From Bacteroidota bacterium (lineage in GTDB: Bacteria; Bacteroidota; Bacteroidia; Bacteroidales; JAGONC01): a stretch of 64,000 nucleotides of DNA. Location of the stretch: NCBI GenBank assembly GCA_022711405.1, contig JAKLFC010000009.1, positions 3,771 to 67,770 on the forward strand. Direction: 5' to 3'. Shown here one piece after another: positions 45,187-55,220 of this stretch (its first letter is position 1; each line of letters opens with the position of its first letter). Below the pieces are notes generated by a model that made no database searches, was not told the DNA's origin, and worked only from the letters and a program-made list of their open reading frames with translations. The translations under genes were made by a program, and so were the position numbers.

Positions 45187-46212
45187 ATGAGAAAAGCCAA
45201 TCTTATTTTTATGCTCCTTGCCGTGGTCACAGGGTGCAATCATCGCGGAACCGATGTACCATTGACCAGGGCTGCCATCAATGTCAGGATTCAGACGGTG
45301 GAAGGATCGAAAACGGCTGGTATCCTGAGTTATGTGGGGACGATCGAAGAAAAATCCTCCACAGCGCTCAGTTTTGCCACGCTGGGGATGATTGAGAAAT
45401 TCTTCATTTCTGAAGGAGATTACGTTTCGGTCGGACAGCTGCTTGTCAGGCTTGATGATGAATCAGCCCGGAGCATGCTGGTTGCCGCTGAGGCTACATT
45501 AAAACAGGCACAGGACGGATACGACCGTCTTAAACTGGTGCATGATGCGGGAAGTCTGCCCGAGATCCAGATGATCGACATTGAAACCAAACTGCAGCAG
45601 GCGCAGTCGTCCTACGCCATCGCTAAGAACAACCTGAAAAACTGTTCACTGTATGCCCCGGTTTCCGGTGTGATCGGTAAAAAAATGGCGGAAGCCGGCG
45701 AGTATGCAGTGGTTGGAAAAGCTGTTCTTACCATATTGGATATCAGTTCAGTCAAAGTAAGGTTTTCGGTGCCTGAAAACGAAATTTCGGCGATACCTTC
45801 CGGGAGCAGATCCTCCATCACTGTGTCAGCAGTTGGTAATAAAAGGTTTGAAGGCCAGAAGATTGAAAAAAGCGTTTCAGCGAATCCCATCTCCCATACA
45901 TATCCTGCCCATATCCTGTTACCCAACCCTCAGAAGGAGCTCTTACCAGGTATGGTCTGCAGCGTGGAACTTTACCCTGACAGCGCTGTAAAGGAGGCGA
46001 TCGTGATCCCCATTGGGATCATTCAGACCATGGCTGACGGTCAAAAATTTGTCTGGTGCGACAGGGGAGGCGTTGCAAAGCGCGTAGTTGTGACAACCGG
46101 TACGGCAAGGGGCAATGGCGTTGAGATCACGGGCGGACTTTCTGTGGGCGACCGCATCGTTACAGAGGGTTATCAGAAAATCAGTGAAGACGATAAAATC
46201 ACAGGACAATGA
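45187..46212 (+). CDS. RND efflux periplasmic adaptor (MFP)
   Basis: 341 aa with lipobox VVTGC. Lipoyl, hairpin and beta-barrel pattern is present (CSLYAPVSGVIGKK, VKVRFSVPE). Confidence 0.85.
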   Translation: MRKANLIFMLLAVVTGCNHRGTDVPLTRAAINVRIQTVEGSKTAGILSYVGTIEEKSSTALSFATLGMIEKFFISEGDYVSVGQLLVRLDDESARSMLVAAEATLKQAQDGYDRLKLVHDAGSLPEIQMIDIETKLQQAQSSYAIAKNNLKNCSLYAPVSGVIGKKMAEAGEYAVVGKAVLTILDISSVKVRFSVPENEISAIPSGSRSSITVSAVGNKRFEGQKIEKSVSANPISHTYPAHILLPNPQKELLPGMVCSVELYPDSAVKEAIVIPIGIIQTMADGQKFVWCDRGGVAKRVVVTTGTARGNGVEITGGLSVGDRIVTEGYQKISEDDKITGQ

Positions 46213-49200
46213 AACGCAGCCATAGCTTCATCGAATGGACGATGCAACACAAAGGCATTGTCGTCCTCATGATCGTTCTGCTGGTCGTCCTGGGGATCAT
46301 TGCACTCTATGTAATGCCCAAGCAGGAGTTTCCCGGATATACCATCCGTCAGGGGATCATTGTCGGGGTATATCCCGGGGCCACCTCCGAGGAGGTGGAA
46401 AAACAGCTGGCCGAACCCCTCGAGCAATTCCTTTTTTCCTATCCCGAGGTAAAGAGGAGCTTTACGACCACAACCTCTCAAAACGGGATATGCTATGCCA
46501 TGGTCGAACTGAATGACAACGTGAAGAACAAAGATGAGGTATGGTCGAAGATAAAGCACGGGCTTGCAACACTGAAGATGCAACTGCCATCGGGTGTTCT
46601 CGCCCTGATGGCTCAGGATGATTTTGGCGATACTTCGGCGCTTCTTATTGCCATCGGATCCGACAGACGTTCCTACGGGGAGCTGAAGAGTTATGCCGAT
46701 GAATTGATCCGCAGGCTTCACCGCATCGAATCGGTTTCCAATCTCCGTCTGTATGGGATGAAGGATGAACAGGTGACGGTGTATGTGGACCGGAGCAAGC
46801 TCTCGTCGTATGGGATCAGTGACAAGCTGCTATTGGCCGAGGTTTTCAGCCAGTCGCTGGCCCCCGGGGGAAGGATTGAAAATGACGATGTGCTTGTCCC
46901 TGTTCATTTCAAGCCCACATACAGCACGGTCGGTGAGGTTGGTGATCAGATCATTTTCAGCGATCCTGACGGCAATATGATCCGTTTGAAGGATGTGGCG
47001 ACTGTGGTAAGGGAATATCCTGACGGCGGAAGCTATATTACCCATAACGGGCAACCCTGTCTGGTTCTTTCAGTTGAGATGAGAGAAGGCTACAATATTG
47101 TCAGGTTTGGCAAGGATGTCAGTCAAATCATTGAAGTTTACCAGGCAAGCAATCTACCGGATGATGTGACGATCAACTCCATCGCCAACCAGGCAGATGT
47201 GGTGGAAGGCTCGGTCTTATCGTTTCTCCGTGACCTGATGATGGCGATCATCGTGATCATTGTGGTGATGATGATCCTGTTCCCGTTCCGGTCGGCCCTG
47301 GTGGCTGCCATCGTTATCCCCCTGAATACCTTCATCTCGGTGGGGATCATGTACCTGTTCGGAATACCACTGAATACGGTTACCCTGGCAGCACTCGTTG
47401 TTGTGCTTGGAATGACGGTGGACAATTCCATTGTGATCATCGACGGATATATTTACTGCCTTAAAAATGGGTATAAGCCCTGGGATGCGGCCATCGAAAG
47501 CGCCCATAAATATTTCATGCCGATGTTCCTTGCTACCACCTGTATCTGCCTTATTTTCTATCCACTTCTCATCCTGTTCAAGGGCCAGATGCTTGAATTC
47601 ATCTACTTTTTCCCGTTTACCTTCACGATCAATTTGATGATGTCGCTTGTCCTGGCGGTGACGGTCATCCCCATCCTCGAGAACGCGCTGATCAAATCAT
47701 CCGGGATGGATAAGGATGAGCCGGATAAGAAGAGACTGACGGAGAAAGTTCATGACATTTATTTAAAACTGCTTGACTGGAATTTCCGTCATCCGTGGCT
47801 CACCGTCTCCATTGGGGTTGCATCCATTGTGGCCTCATTGTTCATTATCCCGCATATTCGTTTCAGGATGAATCCCCTGGCAGAGCGCGACCAGTTCGCC
47901 GTAGAGATCCATCTGCCTGACGGGACACCGATCAGTCGTACGGGAAAAGTGGCTGATTCCATGAGAATGATCCTTATGAAAGATCAGCGGGTGAGATCGG
48001 TGACCCAGTTTGTGGGGATGTCTTCACCCCGGTTCCATATCTCCTATGCTCCTCAGATGCCTTCCGAGAGTTATGCTCAATTCATTGTCAATACAGGTTC
48101 TCCTGAAGAAACCGAGGCCCTGCTGGATGAATATGCGGACCGTTATGCACATTATTTTCCGAATGCCTACATTAAGTTCAAGCAGATCGATTTTCAGCAT
48201 GTGCCTTCGTACGAGTTCCGTTTTTACGGTGAAGACACCAAAGAGCTGAAAAAGGCGGCTGAGGCTTTAATGGCCAGGATGAAAGAGATGCCTGTGCTTA
48301 CAAATGTCCAAACTGACTGGGGTGAGAAGCTGCCTGTCATGGAGGTGGAATTAGATCCTGTAGCTTCCTCACGGCTTGGGGTGACCCGTTCCGTTACATC
48401 AGCCAACCTGATGCTGGCCACGGGTAAATTCACCATGGGATCACTCACCGAGGGTAACGACAACATTCCGATAGTCCTGAAAACGGATGATCCGGAAGGC
48501 AAACCTACCCTGGAAGGGCTTTCCTGCACACTGGTAACGGGCCTGATCCCCTCGGTCAGCGTCCCTTTGAGGCAGATAGCCTCCGTGGTGCCCCAGTGGA
48601 GCGAAAACAGCATTGTCCATCGTAATGGCATCAGGACCATATCCGTAACTGCCGATCCAAAGAGGAATGTAATACCGGCCCGCTCACTTTCCGCTATCCG
48701 CGATTTTATCAAAAATGATCTTGAACCATCACTACCGGCAGGAATAATATACCAGGTGGGAGGTGAACCAGAATACAACAAGGAGAACCTGTCGCCTGTG
48801 ATCTACGCGATCATTGCCGCCTTTGCCATCATATTCCTTTTCCTGCTGTTTACCTATGGCAAATTCAAGCTCACGATCATTTCACTGTTTACTTTATTGC
48901 TGTTCATGTTCGGTGCGACGTTCGGTCTCTGGATCGCCCACTATACGGTCGGGATCACAGCAGCCCTCGGGCTGATTGGCTTATTCGGACTTACGGTGAG
49001 GAATGTGATCCTGATGTTTCAGCATGCCGAGCAGAGGTTCGCCGTGGAAGGATGGACGGCACGGGATGCGGCCTACGATGCTGGCAAGCGTAGGATGATA
49101 CCCATCTTTCTGACTTCCGCTGCTGCATCCGTCGGGGTCATTCCCATGATCATCTCAGGAAGTTCATTCTGGGCACCCGTTGGTATGGTGATCTGTGCAG

Positions 49201-49277
49201 GGGGAGTTTGCCTGCTGCTGCTGACGATTACGATCCTCCCGGTCCTTTACTGGAAATTTAATGAAAAAAAGCGATGA
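46209..49277 (+). CDS. RND efflux permease (AcrB/HAE1-type)
   Basis: 1022 aa with a 12-TM architecture and two large periplasmic loops. It overlaps the MFP stop by 4 nt. Confidence 0.9.
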   Translation: MKRSHSFIEWTMQHKGIVVLMIVLLVVLGIIALYVMPKQEFPGYTIRQGIIVGVYPGATSEEVEKQLAEPLEQFLFSYPEVKRSFTTTTSQNGICYAMVELNDNVKNKDEVWSKIKHGLATLKMQLPSGVLALMAQDDFGDTSALLIAIGSDRRSYGELKSYADELIRRLHRIESVSNLRLYGMKDEQVTVYVDRSKLSSYGISDKLLLAEVFSQSLAPGGRIENDDVLVPVHFKPTYSTVGEVGDQIIFSDPDGNMIRLKDVATVVREYPDGGSYITHNGQPCLVLSVEMREGYNIVRFGKDVSQIIEVYQASNLPDDVTINSIANQADVVEGSVLSFLRDLMMAIIVIIVVMMILFPFRSALVAAIVIPLNTFISVGIMYLFGIPLNTVTLAALVVVLGMTVDNSIVIIDGYIYCLKNGYKPWDAAIESAHKYFMPMFLATTCICLIFYPLLILFKGQMLEFIYFFPFTFTINLMMSLVLAVTVIPILENALIKSSGMDKDEPDKKRLTEKVHDIYLKLLDWNFRHPWLTVSIGVASIVASLFIIPHIRFRMNPLAERDQFAVEIHLPDGTPISRTGKVADSMRMILMKDQRVRSVTQFVGMSSPRFHISYAPQMPSESYAQFIVNTGSPEETEALLDEYADRYAHYFPNAYIKFKQIDFQHVPSYEFRFYGEDTKELKKAAEALMARMKEMPVLTNVQTDWGEKLPVMEVELDPVASSRLGVTRSVTSANLMLATGKFTMGSLTEGNDNIPIVLKTDDPEGKPTLEGLSCTLVTGLIPSVSVPLRQIASVVPQWSENSIVHRNGIRTISVTADPKRNVIPARSLSAIRDFIKNDLEPSLPAGIIYQVGGEPEYNKENLSPVIYAIIAAFAIIFLFLLFTYGKFKLTIISLFTLLLFMFGATFGLWIAHYTVGITAALGLIGLFGLTVRNVILMFQHAEQRFAVEGWTARDAAYDAGKRRMIPIFLTSAAASVGVIPMIISGSSFWAPVGMVICAGGVCLLLLTITILPVLYWKFNEKKR

Positions 49278-50644
49278 AAAAATTGATGTATTTTCTTCCG
49301 ATACTGTACTGGGTGGTCGGTTTCAACCTTCCGGCAATGGCCCAGAACATCTATTCGCTGGATTCGTGTAAAAAGATCACCCTGGAAAAAAACATCCAGC
49401 TTAAAAGCAGTGCCCTTGAGGTTGAAGCATCCCAAAAAATCAAACAGGCGGCTTTCACCAGATACTTTCCCAACATCAGTGCCCTGGGCCTGACGGTTCG
49501 GTTCAGCGATCCCCTGCTGAAGATTGACATGCCCGGCGGGAACCTTCCGGTGTATAACGGAGATCCTACGACCTTACCATTCGCCACCGAGTTTGCTTAT
49601 TTTCCGGGCGTTTCCCTCGGGATGCTGGAAGACCTCACCACAGGTGCCATTACAGCGGTACAGCCTATATTTTCGGGCGGCCGGATCATCAACGGGAACC
49701 GGCTGGCACACCTGGGAACCGAAGTGAGCAATCAGAAGCTTAACCTCTCGGCAAGTGAAGCACTGTTCAAAACCGAAGAGCAGTACTGGCAGATCGTCTC
49801 GCTGACGGAAAAGCTGAAGACCATCGATGCATACGAGCGGCTTTTGGACACACTGTACAAAGATGTGAACACTGCGCATAAAGCCGGACTGATCAACTAC
49901 AATGACGTCCTCAGGGTATCCCTGAAGCAAAGCGAGATGAAAATGAACCGTCTGCAGCTTGAGAACGGGATCAGCCTGGCCACCATGTCGCTGTGCCAGC
50001 ACCTGGGCATCCCCTATGATCCATGGATGAAGCTGTCGGATTCGGTCGGTGCCTTTGCCCCACCTGCCAGCCTGTATTCCGATCCCCAGTCAGCGGTATC
50101 ACAACGAACGGAGTACCATCTCATGCAGAAAAGTGTGGAGGCGGAGAAACTGCAATCGAAAATGAAACTTGGGGAGTACCTGCCGCAGGTTGGCATTGGT
50201 GCAGGAGCATTCACCTACGGGATGGACAATGACTGGAAAGGCGACTGGAACAATGAACTGATGGCCTTCGGTACGGTCACCATACCGCTGTCGGACTGGT
50301 GGGAGGGATCGTACAGGATCAAAGAGCAAAAGTTAAAGGAAGAGATTGCGCAGAACAATGCGGATTATACGGCGACCCTTTTGCAGCTTCAGATCGAAAA
50401 GACCTGGACCGATCTGCAGGAATCCTGGCAGAGGATAGCGCTGGCAGAGGAGGCTATTGAACAGGCCCGGGAGAACCTGAAGATCACCTCTGATAATTTC
50501 CATGCGGGAATCATTGGTATCTCCGATGTACTGGAGGCGCAGGCCATTCTCCAGACCACCCTGGATCAGCTCACCGACGCCCGGTGCGGGTACAGGGTGA
50601 AAATGGCGGAATATTTAAAGGTGACGGGGAGGAGTCAAGAATAG
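49274..50644 (+). CDS. TolC-family outer-membrane efflux channel
   Basis: 456 aa with a signal peptide and a two-repeat coiled-coil/barrel pattern. It overlaps the RND stop by 4 nt. Confidence 0.85.
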   Translation: MKKLMYFLPILYWVVGFNLPAMAQNIYSLDSCKKITLEKNIQLKSSALEVEASQKIKQAAFTRYFPNISALGLTVRFSDPLLKIDMPGGNLPVYNGDPTTLPFATEFAYFPGVSLGMLEDLTTGAITAVQPIFSGGRIINGNRLAHLGTEVSNQKLNLSASEALFKTEEQYWQIVSLTEKLKTIDAYERLLDTLYKDVNTAHKAGLINYNDVLRVSLKQSEMKMNRLQLENGISLATMSLCQHLGIPYDPWMKLSDSVGAFAPPASLYSDPQSAVSQRTEYHLMQKSVEAEKLQSKMKLGEYLPQVGIGAGAFTYGMDNDWKGDWNNELMAFGTVTIPLSDWWEGSYRIKEQKLKEEIAQNNADYTATLLQLQIEKTWTDLQESWQRIALAEEAIEQARENLKITSDNFHAGIIGISDVLEAQAILQTTLDQLTDARCGYRVKMAEYLKVTGRSQE

Positions 50645-50704
50645 GGATATCCGATGGAACGATTAACCGATATTTGATATTCGATTAAATCAAATCTTTC
50701 CGAA

Positions 50705-51934
50705 ATGGAAACTTTTTTTATTCCCGGCGCCAGGCCTTTTTACCTGATGGCCAAGCCTGTGGGAGCCGTTTGCAACCTGAATTGCACCTATTGCTATTAC
50801 CTGGAAAAGGAGAAACTTTACCCAAAGGATCCCCGGCGGTGGTTCATGGATGAAAAGATTTTAGAAACCTTCATCGCACAGTACATTTACTCCAGCACTG
50901 AGCCTGCCGTGTTGTTTACCTGGCATGGCGGGGAGCCCATCCTGCGGGGAATGGAATTCTTTGAGAAGGTCATCGCGCTTCAGAATAAATATGCAGAGGG
51001 GAAAGCCATTGAGAATTCACTGCAGACCAACGGGACCACACTGACCGAAGACTGGTGCCGGTTCTTCAGGGATCATCATTTCCTGATCGGTCTTTCCATA
51101 GACGGACCGGAGCATTGCCACGACCATTACAGGATCTATAAGAGCGGCCTGCCAAGTTTCGCAAAGGCAATGCAGGGGCTGGAGCTGCTAAAGAAATACA
51201 GCGTGGAATTCAATACCCTTTCGGTGGTCAATGATTATAATTCAAAATTTCCGCTGGAGGTCTACCGGTTCCTGAAAGGCATCGGCAGCCGGTATATGCA
51301 GTTCATCCCGATCGTGGAATGGGTCGATCCGCACGCCGCACCGGAAGAGCTCAGGATCCTGCCGGCAAGTACGCAGAAGAAAGCGGATGTAACGGATTGG
51401 ACGGTTGATCCGGTGGATTACGGCGATTTTCTGATCCGGATATTTGACGAATGGGTACGAAAGGACGTGGGTGATTATTTTGTGGTCACCTTCGATTGCG
51501 TGCTGGCCAACTGGATGGGTGTTCCACCGGCTGTCTGCGTGTATGCAGAGACCTGCGGGCATGCCGGCGTGGTGGAATACAACGGGGATGTATATTCCTG
51601 TGATCATTATGTTTTCCCGGAATATAAACTCGGCAATATCAGGGACAAAGGATTGCTTTCCCTCATGCATTCGCCTTTCCAGCAGCAGTTCGGGCAGAAT
51701 AAGAAGGATAAGTTGCCTTCCTACTGCAGAAAATGTGAGTACCTTGACCTGTGCACCGGCGAATGCCCGAAGAACCGGATCATCCGCACACCGGATGGTG
51801 AGCCGGGATTGAATTATTTATGTGTGGGATTCAAGAAGTTCTATAAACACGTGGAATCCTATATGGATTTCATGGCCAACGAGATAAGGAACGGCCGGGC
51901 GGCGTCGAATGTCAAAAGATGGGCTGCTAAATGA
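50705..51934 (+). CDS. Anaerobic sulfatase-maturating enzyme (radical SAM/SPASM)
   Basis: 409 aa. The motifs are CNLNCTYCYY (CX3CX2C), GGEPILRG and the SPASM cysteines (CGHAG...YSCDHY...CRKCEYLDLCTGECPKNR). Confidence 0.9.
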   Translation: METFFIPGARPFYLMAKPVGAVCNLNCTYCYYLEKEKLYPKDPRRWFMDEKILETFIAQYIYSSTEPAVLFTWHGGEPILRGMEFFEKVIALQNKYAEGKAIENSLQTNGTTLTEDWCRFFRDHHFLIGLSIDGPEHCHDHYRIYKSGLPSFAKAMQGLELLKKYSVEFNTLSVVNDYNSKFPLEVYRFLKGIGSRYMQFIPIVEWVDPHAAPEELRILPASTQKKADVTDWTVDPVDYGDFLIRIFDEWVRKDVGDYFVVTFDCVLANWMGVPPAVCVYAETCGHAGVVEYNGDVYSCDHYVFPEYKLGNIRDKGLLSLMHSPFQQQFGQNKKDKLPSYCRKCEYLDLCTGECPKNRIIRTPDGEPGLNYLCVGFKKFYKHVESYMDFMANEIRNGRAASNVKRWAAK

Positions 51935-51938
51935 TCAT

Positions 51939-51976
51939 GGGATGACATCCCCTGTCAGAGGATGTCATCCCTTTTC
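51939..51976 (+). terminator. Rho-independent terminator after the anSME gene
   Basis: Perfect 12-bp stem GGGATGACATCC / GGATGTCATCCC with a 9-nt loop, followed by TTTT (51972..51975). Confidence 0.75.
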
Positions 51977-52073
51977 AACTGGCGCATCTATCTTTCGGAA
52001 TTCGCCCGATGCTTTTTAAATAGCTTGTTCCACAAGTCATTATTTCATTATTTTTGGCGATAAAACCAAGGAT

Positions 52074-53669
52074 ATGAGATGTATTATTACTGTTGGCCTG
52101 GCCGTGGCGCTGAACATTCTATCTGTGAAGGGACAGATGACGGTGGCCGAAAATTCCGATTTCAACTCCACTTCCACACATTCCGAAGTCATGAGCTTTG
52201 TCAGCCAGCTGACCGGTCTTTCTCCCTTTGTAAGGGTGGATACCCTTGCCATGTCGGTCGAGGGGAAGTTGGTTCCGTTGCTGGTCATAGGCGATCCCCT
52301 GCCTGAACGACCAGAAGACCTTGCATCCGATAACAGGCTGGTGGTCTATATCCAGGCGAACATTCATGCCGGAGAGGTGGAGGGAAAGGAAGCCAGCCTG
52401 ATGCTGGCAAGGGACCTGTTAAAAGAACATGATCCGAAGTATTTCAGGAACCTGGTTATATTGATTTGTCCGAATCTGAATCCCGATGGCAACGATAAGA
52501 TCAGCACACGGAACCGCACGAATCAGAACGGTCCCCAAAACGGCGTTGGGGTACGGTATAACGGACAAATGCTGGATCTGAACAGGGATGCCATGAAGCT
52601 GGAGACACCGGAAATGAGGGGTGTCATCACACGGATTTTTAACCGGTGGGATCCCGCCCTTACCGTGGACTGCCATACCACCAACGGATCATATCATGAA
52701 GAAGCGGTCACGTTCAACTGGATGGTGAATCCCAACGGTGACCGCAACCTGATCAACTATATGCGCGATGAACTTTGTCCGGCAGTTTCGCAGAGACTGA
52801 AGAGCGTTTATGGCGTGGATAATATCTTTTACGGTGAGTTCATCGATTTCAAAGATTATAGCAAAGGATGGGAGTCGTATGCTTCAGAGCCGCGTTACCT
52901 GGTGAATTATGTGGGTATCCGTAACCGGCTGGGGATCCTGAACGAAAATTACGTTTATGCGGATTACAGGACACGGGTGATGGGGTGTTATGCCCTGCTC
53001 CGGTCCATTCTGGATTATTCGGCCGAAAACAGGCAAAAGATCCGCGAACTGATCCGGACTACGGATGAAGCCATGATCCTCAGGGAAAGAGATAAGGTAT
53101 CTGCCGACTCATTTGCCCTTGAATACAAGGTCAGGCCCACGCCGGAAATGGTGACGATCCATGCCTATGAAGTTGCTCCCAATCCGGAGCCGAATGTCTG
53201 GCCTTATTACATCCGCACCGACCAAAAGGTGACCGTTACGGTTCCTTTCTTTGCCGATTATTCCCCGACGCGTAGCATTGCCATGCCTTTTGGATACGCA
53301 TTGACCATGCATGATCATAACGTCCTGGATCTGTTACAGATACAGGGCATCCGCTTTCACCGCCTGGAGGATTCGGCCTCCTACCGGGTGGAAAGTTTTA
53401 CCATCAGTGAGTTAAAACCCTCCGAGCGGTTGAACCAGGGGCATTATACCAATAAAGTGACCGGTGAATGGAAGCAGGAAAAAAGAACATTTCCCCCGGG
53501 GACCTATGTAATAACTACTGCACAGCCTCTGGGTAACCTGGCTGCATACCTGCTTGAGCCGCAGTCGGATGACAGCATGCTGTTATGGAATTTTTTCGAC
53601 CGGTACCTGGTACCGCAATGGGGAAGAGGGTATTATCCATATCCGGTTTACCGGATTATTGAAAAATAG
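52074..53669 (+). CDS. M14-family zinc carboxypeptidase
   Basis: 531 aa with a signal peptide. It has the HxxE zinc motif (NIHAGEVEG), NPDG and DCHTTNG. Confidence 0.8.
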   Translation: MRCIITVGLAVALNILSVKGQMTVAENSDFNSTSTHSEVMSFVSQLTGLSPFVRVDTLAMSVEGKLVPLLVIGDPLPERPEDLASDNRLVVYIQANIHAGEVEGKEASLMLARDLLKEHDPKYFRNLVILICPNLNPDGNDKISTRNRTNQNGPQNGVGVRYNGQMLDLNRDAMKLETPEMRGVITRIFNRWDPALTVDCHTTNGSYHEEAVTFNWMVNPNGDRNLINYMRDELCPAVSQRLKSVYGVDNIFYGEFIDFKDYSKGWESYASEPRYLVNYVGIRNRLGILNENYVYADYRTRVMGCYALLRSILDYSAENRQKIRELIRTTDEAMILRERDKVSADSFALEYKVRPTPEMVTIHAYEVAPNPEPNVWPYYIRTDQKVTVTVPFFADYSPTRSIAMPFGYALTMHDHNVLDLLQIQGIRFHRLEDSASYRVESFTISELKPSERLNQGHYTNKVTGEWKQEKRTFPPGTYVITTAQPLGNLAAYLLEPQSDDSMLLWNFFDRYLVPQWGRGYYPYPVYRIIEK

Positions 53670-53690
53670 GGAGCTGTGTCAAAATCCAGT

Positions 53691-53737
53691 TTAACCACGG
53701 AGTGCACGGAGGAATGCACGGAGAACACGAAGTTTAA
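53691..53737 (+). repeat. Single-arm copy of the TTAACCAC-(CACGGAG)n repeat
   Basis: TTAACCACGGAGTGCACGGAGGAATGCACGGAGAACACGAAGTTTAA lies immediately upstream of the start-less 5' region of the glycosyltransferase gene. Confidence 0.75.
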
Positions 53738-53872
53738 TATTAAAACAATCCTCGGCCGGCCGGCAGGCGTATTTTTTTCTTTGCCATTCTTTCGGTTGCA
53801 CTACGCTTTTTCAGTTTTTTCCCCAGCGTTCTCGACCACGACGAATCCACATACCTGGAAATTGCCCGCGAG

Positions 53873-55195
53873 ATGCTGGAGGGTAAGGCACTGTATGTTG
53901 ACCTGATCGACATAAAACCTCCCGGGATTTTCTGGCTGTACGCATTTTTCCAGGTCATTTTCGGGCAATCCATACCTGTCATGCGGCTGATGACCGCACT
54001 CTTCGCAGCTGCCACAGCCTTCATGATCTTTCAGTTCAGCAGGCTTATGTTCGGCAGTCATCGGGCAGGCGTTGCCGGAGGGATGATCTATGTACTGTTT
54101 GTTTCCACCTGGTCGGGTTACGGTATTTCCCCGAACACCGAGCTGTTTTTCAATTTTTTCACCATCACCGGGCTGTTTGTCCTCATGAAAAGAGAGCACT
54201 GGCTCAATGATGTGGGTGCAGGGTTCATCATGGGACTGGGATTCATCATCAAGTACCTGGTATTGTTTGATCTTGTGGCATTCCTGCTCTACTTCATTAT
54301 CCTATTCCTCAGGCACAGTCCTTCCTGGCCAGGGTTCGGCCGCCTGGTGGTCAGAAATGTCCTGCTCCTTGTGGGATTTGGGCTGCCCTTTGCCCTGGTC
54401 AATGTATATTTTTATCTGACCGGTCATTTCGGGGCATTCGCCGAGATCGTATACTTTACCATGGCCAGGTATCCCAGGGAGTTCCGGTTGATTCCGGCGG
54501 CGGAAAATATTGGTGAATTCGTCCTGCTGTTTCTTCCCTTTTTATTCTTCTGTTTTTATGTTTTATTCAATAGGGCAGTCCAGGATAACAGGATAAAGGA
54601 CTTTCGCATCTTATTCCTGATCTGGTCTGTATCGGTCCTGACAGGCATTGTATTGCCCGGAAGCGGGTTCAATCATTATTTCATTCAGCTCATGGTACCG
54701 GTCAGCCTGCAGGCAGGGCTCTTTTTCCATCCTTCGAACAGGCTCCCGCGGCTCATGGCAAGGTTCAGCCGCAGCGTGGCAGGACTTCTTATTGTGGTAA
54801 TCACCTGCCTGGTCATCATGGCCTTTTCGTTCCGCGACCATGCCGGAAAGACAGACACTCCGCGGCAGATTGCTGCGTACCTGAAGCCGCGGCTGCTCAC
54901 GGAGGATGTCATCTATGCAGCGAACCATTTTCATGTTCTGTATTTCCTCCTGGAGAAGGACAGTCCCACACCCTATGTGCATGCCTCCCTGTTGACCAAT
55001 CCGGACCACAGGCGGGCCCTGAACATTGATCTTGAACGTGAACTTCAACGTATCAGGGAGAAGGATCCGGTGTATATCCTGATCCAGTTCAAGGGAAAGA
55101 ACAGGACTGACTGGCTTAATCCGTTTCTTGAGGATCATTATTTCATTGAGAAACAGTTCAATAACAGGATGCAGCTATACAGGAGGATGGATTAA
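53873..55195 (+). CDS. GT39/ArnT-like (GT-C fold) membrane glycosyltransferase; 5' end anomalous
   Basis: 440 aa from the first ATG, with about 10 TM helices. The same frame is open from 53744 and encodes RRIFFFAILSVALRFFSFFPSVLDHDESTYLEIARE. That is the expected first TM helix and the DE-containing loop of this family, but no ATG, GTG or TTG is present. Confidence 0.7.
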   Translation: MLEGKALYVDLIDIKPPGIFWLYAFFQVIFGQSIPVMRLMTALFAAATAFMIFQFSRLMFGSHRAGVAGGMIYVLFVSTWSGYGISPNTELFFNFFTITGLFVLMKREHWLNDVGAGFIMGLGFIIKYLVLFDLVAFLLYFIILFLRHSPSWPGFGRLVVRNVLLLVGFGLPFALVNVYFYLTGHFGAFAEIVYFTMARYPREFRLIPAAENIGEFVLLFLPFLFFCFYVLFNRAVQDNRIKDFRILFLIWSVSVLTGIVLPGSGFNHYFIQLMVPVSLQAGLFFHPSNRLPRLMARFSRSVAGLLIVVITCLVIMAFSFRDHAGKTDTPRQIAAYLKPRLLTEDVIYAANHFHVLYFLLEKDSPTPYVHASLLTNPDHRRALNIDLERELQRIREKDPVYILIQFKGKNRTDWLNPFLEDHYFIEKQFNNRMQLYRRMD

Positions 55196-55220
55196 GGTGA
55201 GAGGTGATCATCAGGCACGC

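Noticed and set aside
53676-53906. GTG-initiated 76-aa ORF treated as an independent gene.
   Set aside because: Its first half is encoded by the TTAACCAC repeat. Its second half is the out-of-frame 5' region of the glycosyltransferase. It matters only as a possible frame partner across the T7 tract (see findings).
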